Assembly: GCA_900545815.1 (NCBI GenBank)
Contig: URAM01000003.1
Span: 64,082 to 128,081 of the forward strand
Source of the DNA: an uncultured Eubacteriales bacterium
GTDB taxonomy: Bacteria; Bacillota; Clostridia; Oscillospirales; Oscillospiraceae
Length of the DNA stretch: 64,000 nt
Direction of reading: 5' to 3'
Below are positions 1 to 7,848 of the stretch, one piece after another (positions within the stretch are counted from its first letter, which is position 1; the number at the start of each line of letters is the position of its first letter). The position numbers and the translations under genes were made by a program. The notes below the pieces were generated by a model, which worked only from the letters and a program-made list of their open reading frames with translations, was not told where the DNA came from and made no database searches.

Positions 1-1
1 C

Positions 2-1297
2 ATCCTCGGCTTCCTCGTGGTGATCATTTTGGTCTATCGCGATTGGTCGGTGTACCTTTCCACCTTTGCTGGGTTATGCGTTGTTGTTTTGCTTTCTGGC
101 AGCGATTTCATGACCGCTATGACGGAAACTTATACCAAAGGCGTCTTTACCGCCATTAACAGTTTCCTCTTTATGCTCATGTTTGGCTGCGTCCAATCCT
201 CCCTCTATCGGGAGAGCGGCGCCGCCTACTCCATCGCCTCCACCATCATGCACAAGCTCATCCGAGAAGATACCAGCAACACGGCGAAGAATATCATCGC
301 ATTGAGCATCATCATGGTCATTGGCACCCTGTTGAGCATGGGCGGCATCATTGCCGGTGTTGTGATCGTCCTCATGTATCCCATCGCCCTTGCCATTTTT
401 GAGCACTGCGACATCCCCAAGCGGTTCATCCTGGGCGTCCTGGGTGCTTCTGCCTACACCTTCACCCTGACCCTTCCCGGCAGTCCAGAAGTGACCAATG
501 TGGCTGCAATGAGCGTGCTGAAGACCAGCTCCACTGTGGCTGCAATCCCTGGCATTGTGGGTGCTGTCGTAGAGGTCGTGGTGATTCTGCTGGTGATGAA
601 CGCTCTGATCAATCATGCTCGGCATAACGGAGATCATTTCCAGCGCCATCCGGAAGACCCCTATATGGACGAAACATCAGAAAAGCCCCCTTTCTTCCTC
701 TCTCTCATCCCCCTTTTCGTCCTCTTTGTCCTTTTCAACTTCTTTAATCTGCACATTGTTCTCTGCTTGATTTTCAGCTGCCTGCTGTCCATCGTCCTAT
801 TTTGGAAATGGTTAAAGCCCAAAGACGTCAAGCATATTGTCTGCCAAGCTACGGTAGACTCTATCCCCATGACCCTGAATGTAGGCGCCATCTGCGGTTT
901 TGCCGCCATCATCACAAACTCTGACGCATTCCAAACCATTCTGGATACACTGACCAGCATGGAGGCCTCCCCCATCCTCATCTGCGCTGTCGTTGTGTCC
1001 ATCATGTGTATGCTCACCGGCGGTTCCTCTACCGGTCAGCTCATCGCCCTTCCCATCATCGCCCCTCGGCTCATGGAGATGGGGCTGAGTGTGGACATCA
1101 TCCACCGTGTTTCCGTTTTCGCCGCCACCACCCTTGACTCCATGCCCTACAGCGGCTCCATCCTGATGCTGCTGCCCATGTGTCATATGAAGCTGAAAGA
1201 AATCTATCCCGCCATGTTCATCACCACCGTCCTGGCCACCACCTGCGGCACCATTGCGGTCTGCCTCATGTGCGTCTTCTTCCCCGGTTTGACCTGA
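2..1297 (+). CDS. Polytopic membrane permease, 5'-truncated at window edge (ion-transporter superfamily, GntP/DcuC/NhaC-like two-repeat topology)
   Basis: Frame is open from nt 2 to a stop at 1295-1297. Almost entirely hydrophobic helices with two similar halves separated by a charged loop. A terminator lies immediately downstream. Confidence 0.55.
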   Translation: MLGFLVVIILVYRDWSVYLSTFAGLCVVVLLSGSDFMTAMTETYTKGVFTAINSFLFMLMFGCVQSSLYRESGAAYSIASTIMHKLIREDTSNTAKNIIALSIIMVIGTLLSMGGIIAGVVIVLMYPIALAIFEHCDIPKRFILGVLGASAYTFTLTLPGSPEVTNVAAMSVLKTSSTVAAIPGIVGAVVEVVVILLVMNALINHARHNGDHFQRHPEDPYMDETSEKPPFFLSLIPLFVLFVLFNFFNLHIVLCLIFSCLLSIVLFWKWLKPKDVKHIVCQATVDSIPMTLNVGAICGFAAIITNSDAFQTILDTLTSMEASPILICAVVVSIMCMLTGGSSTGQLIALPIIAPRLMEMGLSVDIIHRVSVFAATTLDSMPYSGSILMLLPMCHMKLKEIYPAMFITTVLATTCGTIAVCLMCVFFPGLT

Positions 1298-1340
1298 CCA
1301 GGACCCCCTGTGTTCTGTCTCTGACGCAGAGACAAAAATA

Positions 1341-1384
1341 AACGGAGCCGACCTTTCTCTGCAGGTCGGCTCCGTTGCTTTTTG
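1341..1384. terminator. Rho-independent terminator (bidirectional) between permease (+) and PucR regulator (-)
   Basis: Stem AACGGAGCCGACC / GGTCGGCTCCGTT with a 10-nt loop, followed by TTGCTTTTTG. An A-tract on the other side makes it usable from both strands. Confidence 0.7.
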
Positions 1385-1389
1385 TCCTG

Positions 1390-2946
1390 TTAGTCTTGCG
1401 CGATCATTCGGTTCTTGCGATACAAGAAAATCTTGAAGGATAACTGCAGGGTGAACACCAACTTGGCGTTCTTCTCACCAGACAGGTCAATGCTGCACAG
1501 CTGCTCGATCTGCTGGATGCGGTAGTTGATGGTGTTCCGGTGAATGAACAGCATCTGCGCTGCTTGCGCCTTGTTGAATCCCGTCTCGGTATACACACGC
1601 AGCGTCTCAAACAGTTCTCCGCCCTTCTTCCGGTCATAATCCGCCAGCTGCTTCAGAGCCGGATGATAGCAGTGATCCAAAAACTCTTCCTCTTTCACCT
1701 GATCCAAAATAACATAGAGGATATAGTCCAAGTAGAAGAAGAAGTGCCCCACCGAATCAGTGCGGGTGCTGAACTCCAGCACCTTATTTGCTTGGTTGAA
1801 GTGTTCGCCAAACTCGGAGATGTCCGAGAATACATTGCTCACGCCCACCAGCAGATTCTGCTTCTCCGCCAGCTCCTGAAGCTGTGCCCACTTATCCTCT
1901 GACAATTCCCCGTTGCTCTGGGTGCTGACCAGACAGACCAAGGACGAATGCCACGGGAAGCAGGGCTGATCCACCAAAATCTCACTGACCTCCGGCATAA
2001 TGATGTAGGAATAGTAATCCATATCCTTAGAGTACGGGGTGCGAAAGACCATGGTACGCATATACTTTTGAAATTTCAGACCACTGATCTTGGCACGGAG
2101 ATTTGTCTCCGCCGGCGTGGCGCCGGCCACAGCATCCAGAAGGATGTTGGTGCGCATAATAGAGCGATAGTCATTGATCCGATCCATGTCCTTCAGCCGC
2201 AGGATGCCCTCCTTCACCCGATGGGCGAACAAAGGCAGCATCTTTCGGGTGTAGCTATCAAAGGCCGGACGACTGTTCAAGGCGAACACATAGCCCAATG
2301 AGGCGTTATTATGCCACAGCGGTTCGACCATAATATACTTATCCATCTTTTGGCAGTACAGCTCCACCACATGGCTGTTTTTCGGCACATTCAGCTGCCG
2401 CCGCTGGAGGTTGATATAGTCCATCAGCGTTTCATCGCAGTAGCCCTGATAAATGCTGTTCATCCAAACAGGCACATCCACATAGAAGGGCTCCGAGTGC
2501 TCGATGATCTTGCCAGAAACATCAATGGCCACAAATAGGTTGCCGGTGTAGGTGGTAGCATCGGTGAAGATGGTGCGCAGATCTACGCCGGAGATCAGTT
2601 TTGTCACAATATCTCCGTACTGTGCCTGCAACTCCGGCGCTTCACTCAGCTGCAGCTTCACATACCGGAACACCTCTGCCAAAGAAACGCCTTCTCGAAT
2701 TTTGGCCCAGTTGAGCAAGTTCTTTTCCCGATACTCGGGCACTTCCCCCTGATAGATCAGGCAGGCGGGGAGCTTGGTCGTCGGGCCAATCTCCTCCGCT
2801 CGGATGAAGTACACCGTTTGGTTGTACATCTGCTGGCATTCGCGATCCATCAGGTTCAGATCCGCTACCTCGCAGTCCTCCTGGATCGCCACCTCTGTCA
2901 CCATGTCCGCTTTGTTCAAAATATCCATCAGCAGCGAAAATTTCAT
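1390..2946 (-). CDS. PucR/CdaR-family transcriptional regulator (C-terminal PucR-type HTH)
   Basis: 518-aa ORF. C-terminus ...GFNKAQAAQMLFIHRNTINYRIQQIEQL... is the PucR C-terminal HTH. The GAGGAG / GAGAGG SD precedes the ATG at 2946. Confidence 0.8.
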   Translation of the reverse strand: MKFSLLMDILNKADMVTEVAIQEDCEVADLNLMDRECQQMYNQTVYFIRAEEIGPTTKLPACLIYQGEVPEYREKNLLNWAKIREGVSLAEVFRYVKLQLSEAPELQAQYGDIVTKLISGVDLRTIFTDATTYTGNLFVAIDVSGKIIEHSEPFYVDVPVWMNSIYQGYCDETLMDYINLQRRQLNVPKNSHVVELYCQKMDKYIMVEPLWHNNASLGYVFALNSRPAFDSYTRKMLPLFAHRVKEGILRLKDMDRINDYRSIMRTNILLDAVAGATPAETNLRAKISGLKFQKYMRTMVFRTPYSKDMDYYSYIIMPEVSEILVDQPCFPWHSSLVCLVSTQSNGELSEDKWAQLQELAEKQNLLVGVSNVFSDISEFGEHFNQANKVLEFSTRTDSVGHFFFYLDYILYVILDQVKEEEFLDHCYHPALKQLADYDRKKGGELFETLRVYTETGFNKAQAAQMLFIHRNTINYRIQQIEQLCSIDLSGEKNAKLVFTLQLSFKIFLYRKNRMIAQD

Positions 2947-3405
2947 AGACCTCTCAGCTCCTCACAGTTCCGCGGTAATCCGCCTATGGTAAAGATTGCT
3001 TTTTCTTTGTTTGCCATAATTTTAGCATATTGTTAATATTGTAACATTTTAATTTCTCTGTCAATATCCGTTCTCTCATAATTATTTTTTCTATTTTGTG
3101 CATCCTGCACAAGCAATTTACAAAGGCACTCCAAATCATGACAGTTTTTAAAATATATATGAAATATCGCCCTTTTTCTCCGTTTCTTCGGAAAAATTGC
3201 TTTGTTTTGATTGAGAAAGTTTCCATTTCTTTTATACCTCTTTTTGCTGGAATTCCCATCCTTTTGCTCCATTGGTCGTATGGCACAAAAAGCGCCGCTT
3301 TTCCGGCACCGGCTAAAAAACACTTGACTTAACGTGGACTTTCCGTTATACCATAAGCAAAACCATCCATCCCCAGCCCCACGCTGGCGCAAGGAAAGGA
3401 GTCCT
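2947..3405. promoter_or_regulatory. AT-rich intergenic island (divergent promoter region for PucR regulator and esterase)
   Basis: ~0.45 kb with markedly lower GC than the flanking DNA, runs of A/T and many TATA-like hexamers. Only short Lys-rich spurious ORFs are present. Confidence 0.4.
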
Positions 3406-4443
3406 GTGAAAGCCGCTATGAAGAACCGAACCCGTACCCTCTATCTGACCTTCCTCGTTGTGCTGGTGCTGACCGTCGTGGCCGCCGTCCTCTGGCATCC
3501 CGCTGGACTGGCCGCTTCCACGCCACCCTCCTCCAGTCTGACCGAACCGGCCGCCTCTGTCTCCCAGCCCGACCCAGCGCCCCAACCCTCCAAGGCTCTA
3601 CGACAGGAGATCCAGCGGTACGCCCAAGCGGCCAACGCCGACGGCATCGTAACCGAGACGCCTGACCCCTATTTCATCGAAAAGCAGTCCGGCTACGACT
3701 ACCGAGCGCCGGAGACCATCTCCTATTTCTCCAGTCTGACGCATACCACCCGCCACGCCATGATTTTCCTGCCGGCGGACTACTCGGATGAAAAGACCTA
3801 CCCTGTGCTCTACCTGCTCCACGGCTACGGCGGAAGCCACCGCACCTGGCGGAACAAATCGGCTGACATCCTCCTCCAGAACCTGCACTACTTCGAAAAC
3901 GTGCCGGAGATGATCGTGGTCTGCCCCAACAGCAACGTGAACCAGGCGGAGAGCGTAGAGGGGCTGACCTTCTGGGAGAGCGTAGAACCCTTTGACCGGA
4001 CGCCGGACGAGGTAGTAGACTGCCTGATGCCCTATATCAACCGGCACTATCCGGTCAAGACCGGCCCTGAAAACACCGCCGTGGCGGGCAACTCTATGGG
4101 CGGCCGCAATGCCCTGGCGCTGGCCTACCGCCATCCGGAGCTGTTCGGTTATGTGGGCGCTTTCTCCTCCTCTGTTGCCGTGGCAGCCGCCAACGGCAAC
4201 ACCATGTCCACGCCGCTGCAAGACCTGTCTCTGCCGGACGGCGCACCGCCCTTCCAGCTGCTGTTTTTGGCGGTGGGGCGGTCGGACAACGTGTGCGGCA
4301 GCGTGACCTATGAGCTGGACAACTATATGACCCGACAAGGCATCAAACATCTATTCTACGACACCACCGGTGGCCATCAGAATGTGGTGTGGCAGAACGC
4401 CCTGTATAACTTCGGCAAAAAGCTGTTCCGGTCTAAATCGTGA
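3406..4443 (+). CDS. Membrane-anchored/secreted esterase of the putative-esterase (esterase D / CE1 feruloyl-esterase-like) alpha/beta-hydrolase family
   Basis: GTG start 5 nt after AAGGAG. N-terminal basic segment + TM helix, then a Pro/Ser-rich linker. Conserved motifs LLHGYGGSH and the nucleophile elbow GNSMGG. Confidence 0.75.
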   Translation: MKAAMKNRTRTLYLTFLVVLVLTVVAAVLWHPAGLAASTPPSSSLTEPAASVSQPDPAPQPSKALRQEIQRYAQAANADGIVTETPDPYFIEKQSGYDYRAPETISYFSSLTHTTRHAMIFLPADYSDEKTYPVLYLLHGYGGSHRTWRNKSADILLQNLHYFENVPEMIVVCPNSNVNQAESVEGLTFWESVEPFDRTPDEVVDCLMPYINRHYPVKTGPENTAVAGNSMGGRNALALAYRHPELFGYVGAFSSSVAVAAANGNTMSTPLQDLSLPDGAPPFQLLFLAVGRSDNVCGSVTYELDNYMTRQGIKHLFYDTTGGHQNVVWQNALYNFGKKLFRSKS

Positions 4444-4457
4444 CACTTGACCGCAGC

Positions 4458-4491
4458 AAAATCCCCTCACAAGAACTGTGAGGGGATTTTT
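4458..4491. terminator. Bidirectional rho-independent terminator between esterase (+) and OYE reductase (-)
   Basis: Stem AAATCCCCTCACA / TGTGAGGGGATTT, then TTTTT. A-tract on the opposite side. Confidence 0.75.
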
Positions 4492-4499
4492 GCGACACT

Positions 4500-6443
4500 T
4501 TACAGCTGGCTGGCAGCCAGGAAACCGCTTTCCACTGCATAAGCGATGTTCCCATACTGGACACAAGTGCCAATGGTGTGACAGTTGGGGAAGGCTGCGA
4601 ACTGCTGGGCAACATCCTGGTTAGGACGCATCCCCATCGCCAAGATGACGGCATCGCAGGGCGCCGTTTTCCGAGTCCCGTCCTCGGTTTCAAAGATACA
4701 GCTGTCCGGAGCGATCTCCACCAGCTTGTGGCTGGTGGACTGAGGCACATCTCCCAGGCGGTGCTCAATGTCGATGATGTTCTGAAAATGCTCTCCGTGC
4801 GCCACCTCCGGCAGCAGGTCGTAGACGGAAACCCGATTTCCCTTGCTTTTCAAATACTCTGCCGTCTCTAGGCCAGTCATACCGGCGCCGATGACCACCA
4901 CCGTCTGTCCCTCCAAGGTGACCTTGTCGGTAAGCAAGTCGGAGGCGGTGTACACCTGACTGCCGTGGATACCGGGGATACGGCTGGGGATCAGAGGGGA
5001 CGCACCAGCGGCCACCAGAACGGCATAGGGGTGCAGCTCCGCCACTGCTTCCGGCGCAGCCGCCTGTCCCAGACGAACGGTGACGCCCAGTTTGTCCAAC
5101 TGATGGGTCAGGTAGCGGACGAAAGCCAGAATCTTCTCCTTGTGGGGCGGTTTCGCCGCCTGGAGGAGGGCGCCGCCCAGCCGGTCATTCTGCTCCCACA
5201 GGGTGACCTGGAACCCCCGCAGAGCCAGCACCCGTGCCGCCTCCATGCCAGCGGGGCCGCCGCCAATGACAGCCACAGGACGCCCGTCCCCGTCCTGACG
5301 CAAGGTGCTGCGGGTACACTCGAAGGCCCCCTGGGCATTGACTGCGCAGTGCATTTCGCCGCAGGCCATGGTTTTCATACAGTTCAGGCAGGAGATACAG
5401 GGGCGGATGTCCTCATCCCGACCTTCCAGCGCTTTGTTCGTCCACTCCGGATCAGCCAGGTGGGCACGGGCGGAGCCAACGAAGTCACAGACGCCGTCCT
5501 TCAGCAGTCCTTCGGCGTAGTCCGGTTCCCGAATCATCGCAGTGCAGACCACAGGGATGTCCACCACCTGCTTCAGCTCGTGGGCCAGCTCCACCTTCCA
5601 GCCCTGGTCAAAGCCGGTGGGCTCCCAGGCGGTGTTCATGGTCTCATAGATGCCGGAACTGACGTCCAACAGGTCTGCTCCGGCGTCCTGGAACAGTTTG
5701 GCGTACTCCTTGGACAGTTCCAGGGTGATGCCAGCTTCACGAGGCAGGCCGATATAGTCCAGATATTCACAGGCAGAGATACGGATGGCAATGGGGAATT
5801 CCGGCCCGCAGGCATCCCGAATGCCGTGGATGATCTCCAGAGCGAAGCGGGCGCGATTGGCCACGGAGCCGCCATAGTAGTCGGTGCGGTGGTTGGTGTA
5901 GGGGCTCAAAAACTGGTTGATGAGGTAGCCGTGGGCGGCGTGGATGAGCACCCCATCCACGCCGGCTTTCTGACAGCGGATGGCGCCATTGATGAACTTC
6001 TGCACCATGCAGGCGATCTCCTCGGTAGTCATGGCAATGACCGGTTGGCGGGTCAGGCCGCACTGGATGGCGCTGGGGGCAAACATCCGGCGTCCGCCGT
6101 TGAGGGCACTGTCCCCCTGGCGGCCAGGGTGGTACAGCTCCACAAAGAAGGCACAGCCGTAGGGGTGCAGGACATCCATGAGCTGGCAGTAGCCAGGGAT
6201 AAGCTTATCATCGTCAATGCACAGGTTTCTGGGGTTGGCACGGCCGGAGTTGGAGGATACCGAGACGGCTTCGCTCATGATGAGTCCTGCGCCGCCTTTG
6301 GCACGGGCTTCATAGAAGGCGATGTCCTCTGCGCTCATGGAGCCATCCAGATTGGACAGGGCATTGCCCATGGCTTCCATGATGACACGGTTCTTCACAG
6401 TGAGGGCGCCGATTTTACCAGGGGAACTGAGGTATGGTCTCAT
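4500..6443 (-). CDS. Two-domain flavoenzyme: N-terminal Old-Yellow-Enzyme TIM barrel (NADH:flavin oxidoreductase) fused to C-terminal FAD/NAD(P)-binding pyridine-nucleotide-disulfide-oxidoreductase domain (2,4-dienoyl-CoA-reductase / enoate-reductase architecture)
   Basis: Start reassigned to the ATG at 6441-6443 (MRPYLSSPGKIGALTVKNRVIM...), preceded by AAAAGGAG. The upstream 92 codons of the longer ORF are Pro/Ala/Gly-rich and have no SD. OYE motifs are present (HAAHGYLINQFLSP...TNHRTD). C-terminal VAVIGGGPAGMEAA Rossmann motif. Confidence 0.8.
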   Translation of the reverse strand: MRPYLSSPGKIGALTVKNRVIMEAMGNALSNLDGSMSAEDIAFYEARAKGGAGLIMSEAVSVSSNSGRANPRNLCIDDDKLIPGYCQLMDVLHPYGCAFFVELYHPGRQGDSALNGGRRMFAPSAIQCGLTRQPVIAMTTEEIACMVQKFINGAIRCQKAGVDGVLIHAAHGYLINQFLSPYTNHRTDYYGGSVANRARFALEIIHGIRDACGPEFPIAIRISACEYLDYIGLPREAGITLELSKEYAKLFQDAGADLLDVSSGIYETMNTAWEPTGFDQGWKVELAHELKQVVDIPVVCTAMIREPDYAEGLLKDGVCDFVGSARAHLADPEWTNKALEGRDEDIRPCISCLNCMKTMACGEMHCAVNAQGAFECTRSTLRQDGDGRPVAVIGGGPAGMEAARVLALRGFQVTLWEQNDRLGGALLQAAKPPHKEKILAFVRYLTHQLDKLGVTVRLGQAAAPEAVAELHPYAVLVAAGASPLIPSRIPGIHGSQVYTASDLLTDKVTLEGQTVVVIGAGMTGLETAEYLKSKGNRVSVYDLLPEVAHGEHFQNIIDIEHRLGDVPQSTSHKLVEIAPDSCIFETEDGTRKTAPCDAVILAMGMRPNQDVAQQFAAFPNCHTIGTCVQYGNIAYAVESGFLAASQL

Positions 6444-6463
6444 AAGGGAGTGCTCCTTTTCAT

Positions 6464-7330
6464 TCAGATTTTGGCTTCCAGGCCAGCTGGAAGGATGCGG
6501 TGGGGCCAGTGCTGCTCCTGCGCCCACTGGGCGGCATAGGAATCCGGCTCCACCAGCAGAAGCGGCTGCTGGCCGCCGGATGGGCCGAAGGGCATCTGGC
6601 CAAGGGACTGGACAGCCGCTGGGATGCGCAGGGTCTTTAGACCGGTACAGCCCCAGAAGGCCATAGAACCGATGCGTTCCACGGTCTCCGGCAGAGTCAG
6701 GTCGGTCAGAGAACTGCAATTACACAGGGCGCTGTCCTGGACCACCTCCAGCCGGTCGGGCAGGCGGAGGTGGCAGAGGGATCTACAGTCGTAGAGGGTC
6801 AGGAGGGACAGGGTACGCAGGCCATGGGGCAAGGTAAGGGATTCCAGGTGGACGCAGCCGCTGAAGGCCGCTTCACCGATCTGGGTGACGCCGTCTGGAA
6901 CGTCCATGGACCGAAGGAAATGGCAATTGGTAAAGGCGTCGCTCTCGATGCGGCGCAGGGTCTGAGGCAAGGTGACTTGCTCCAAATGGATGCATTTGCA
7001 GAAGGCCATCCGACCGATCCCCTCCACCCCCTCTGGCAAATTCACTTGCCGGAGGGTCTTCTTGTGGTAGAAGCCCCCCTTCCCCAACTGGGTCACCGGC
7101 TTCCCGTCCAGTTGGGCAGGCACGTCCACCTGGGTGTCCTCCCCTCGATAGGCGGTGAGGGTGACGCCTTCCGGAGTGGTCTCGTAATCCCACTGAGCGT
7201 TTCGGTGCTGTTGGAGGAGGGCTTGGAGGGTTTCTTTGGTATAAGTGACGCCGCAGAGGGTACACTGGATTTGACCGGATGCTTCCACGGTCAGGGTACC
7301 GCCGCAGACTTGACAGGTGAGAACAGACAT
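6464..7330 (-). CDS. Cytoplasmic leucine-rich-repeat (BspA-type LRR) protein with N-terminal CxxC...CxxC zinc-ribbon
   Basis: N-terminus MSVLTCQVCGGTLTV...QCTLCG, then about nine ~23-aa repeats of the form LxxIGxxAFxxCxxLxxLxLP. No signal peptide. Start either ATG 7330 or 7390. Confidence 0.65.
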   Translation of the reverse strand: MSVLTCQVCGGTLTVEASGQIQCTLCGVTYTKETLQALLQQHRNAQWDYETTPEGVTLTAYRGEDTQVDVPAQLDGKPVTQLGKGGFYHKKTLRQVNLPEGVEGIGRMAFCKCIHLEQVTLPQTLRRIESDAFTNCHFLRSMDVPDGVTQIGEAAFSGCVHLESLTLPHGLRTLSLLTLYDCRSLCHLRLPDRLEVVQDSALCNCSSLTDLTLPETVERIGSMAFWGCTGLKTLRIPAAVQSLGQMPFGPSGGQQPLLLVEPDSYAAQWAQEQHWPHRILPAGLEAKI

Positions 7331-7725
7331 GGGAAAACAGCTCCAATCAATGTTTTTTTCGACACAGAAATGTTGTGCTCCGACTTTCATTTTACTGCAT
7401 CCGCCAGCCGTTGTCGTGGTCGTTTCTTTTCAAAATAACCGGTATAACTGAAAAGAACGGACAAAAATCCACTGGTGAATGGCTACGGTCGGCAGCAGGA
7501 AAAGTGCAAAAAAATGTGGCAAAATTGCGATAAAATCCGGATAGAAGCTGTGTTTTTTATGGAATTTCTCACGATGACAACAGGCGGTCTAAGTGCTATG
7601 ATATTACTCACAAAGCCCCGTGGGATTCAACAGGCACCCTCCCTTACTCTTTCCGCCTGCCCGCTATGGTGCGCTTTGTTCCTCTTTGATTTGAAGTATT
7701 AGACCCCAAACTGAAAATAACAGAG

Positions 7726-7770
7726 GAAAAAACACCTTCCCGTTCTTAATCTGCGGGAAGGTGTTTTTCT
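7726..7770. terminator. Rho-independent terminator (both strands) of an orphan unit
   Basis: A-tract, stem ACACCTTCCCG / CGGGAAGGTGT, then TTTTT. Confidence 0.65.
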
Positions 7771-7785
7771 ATGCTCCCAGCACGC

Positions 7786-7825
7786 AAAAACACGGCAGCG
7801 TTTTCCAGACACTGCCGTGTTTTTG
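7786..7825 (-). terminator. Rho-independent terminator downstream of the second PucR regulator
   Basis: Stem ACACGGCAG / CTGCCGTGT flanked by an A-tract and a T-tract, ~25 nt after the stop of the minus-strand gene ending at 7849. Confidence 0.7.
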
Positions 7826-7848
7826 CATTCATGGGTATTACTCAGGCT

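Noticed and set aside
3033-3392. 119-aa Lys/Arg/Asn-rich minus-strand ORF and neighbouring 100-aa and 78-aa ORFs
   Set aside because: They lie wholly in the AT-rich intergenic island. The composition is a by-product of AT richness, and they overlap one another.
4500-6719. Longer 739-aa version of the OYE reductase ORF
   Set aside because: The extra 92 N-terminal codons are Pro/Ala/Gly-rich, overlap the LRR gene's 3' end and have no SD. The internal ATG at 6443 has a perfect AAAAGGAG and starts the conserved OYE N-terminus.
7475-7702. 75-aa plus-strand ORF in the AT-rich orphan unit as a real protein gene
   Set aside because: There is no acceptable SD at any of its three candidate ATG starts, and the sequence is not protein-like. 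The region is reported instead as a candidate non-coding unit.
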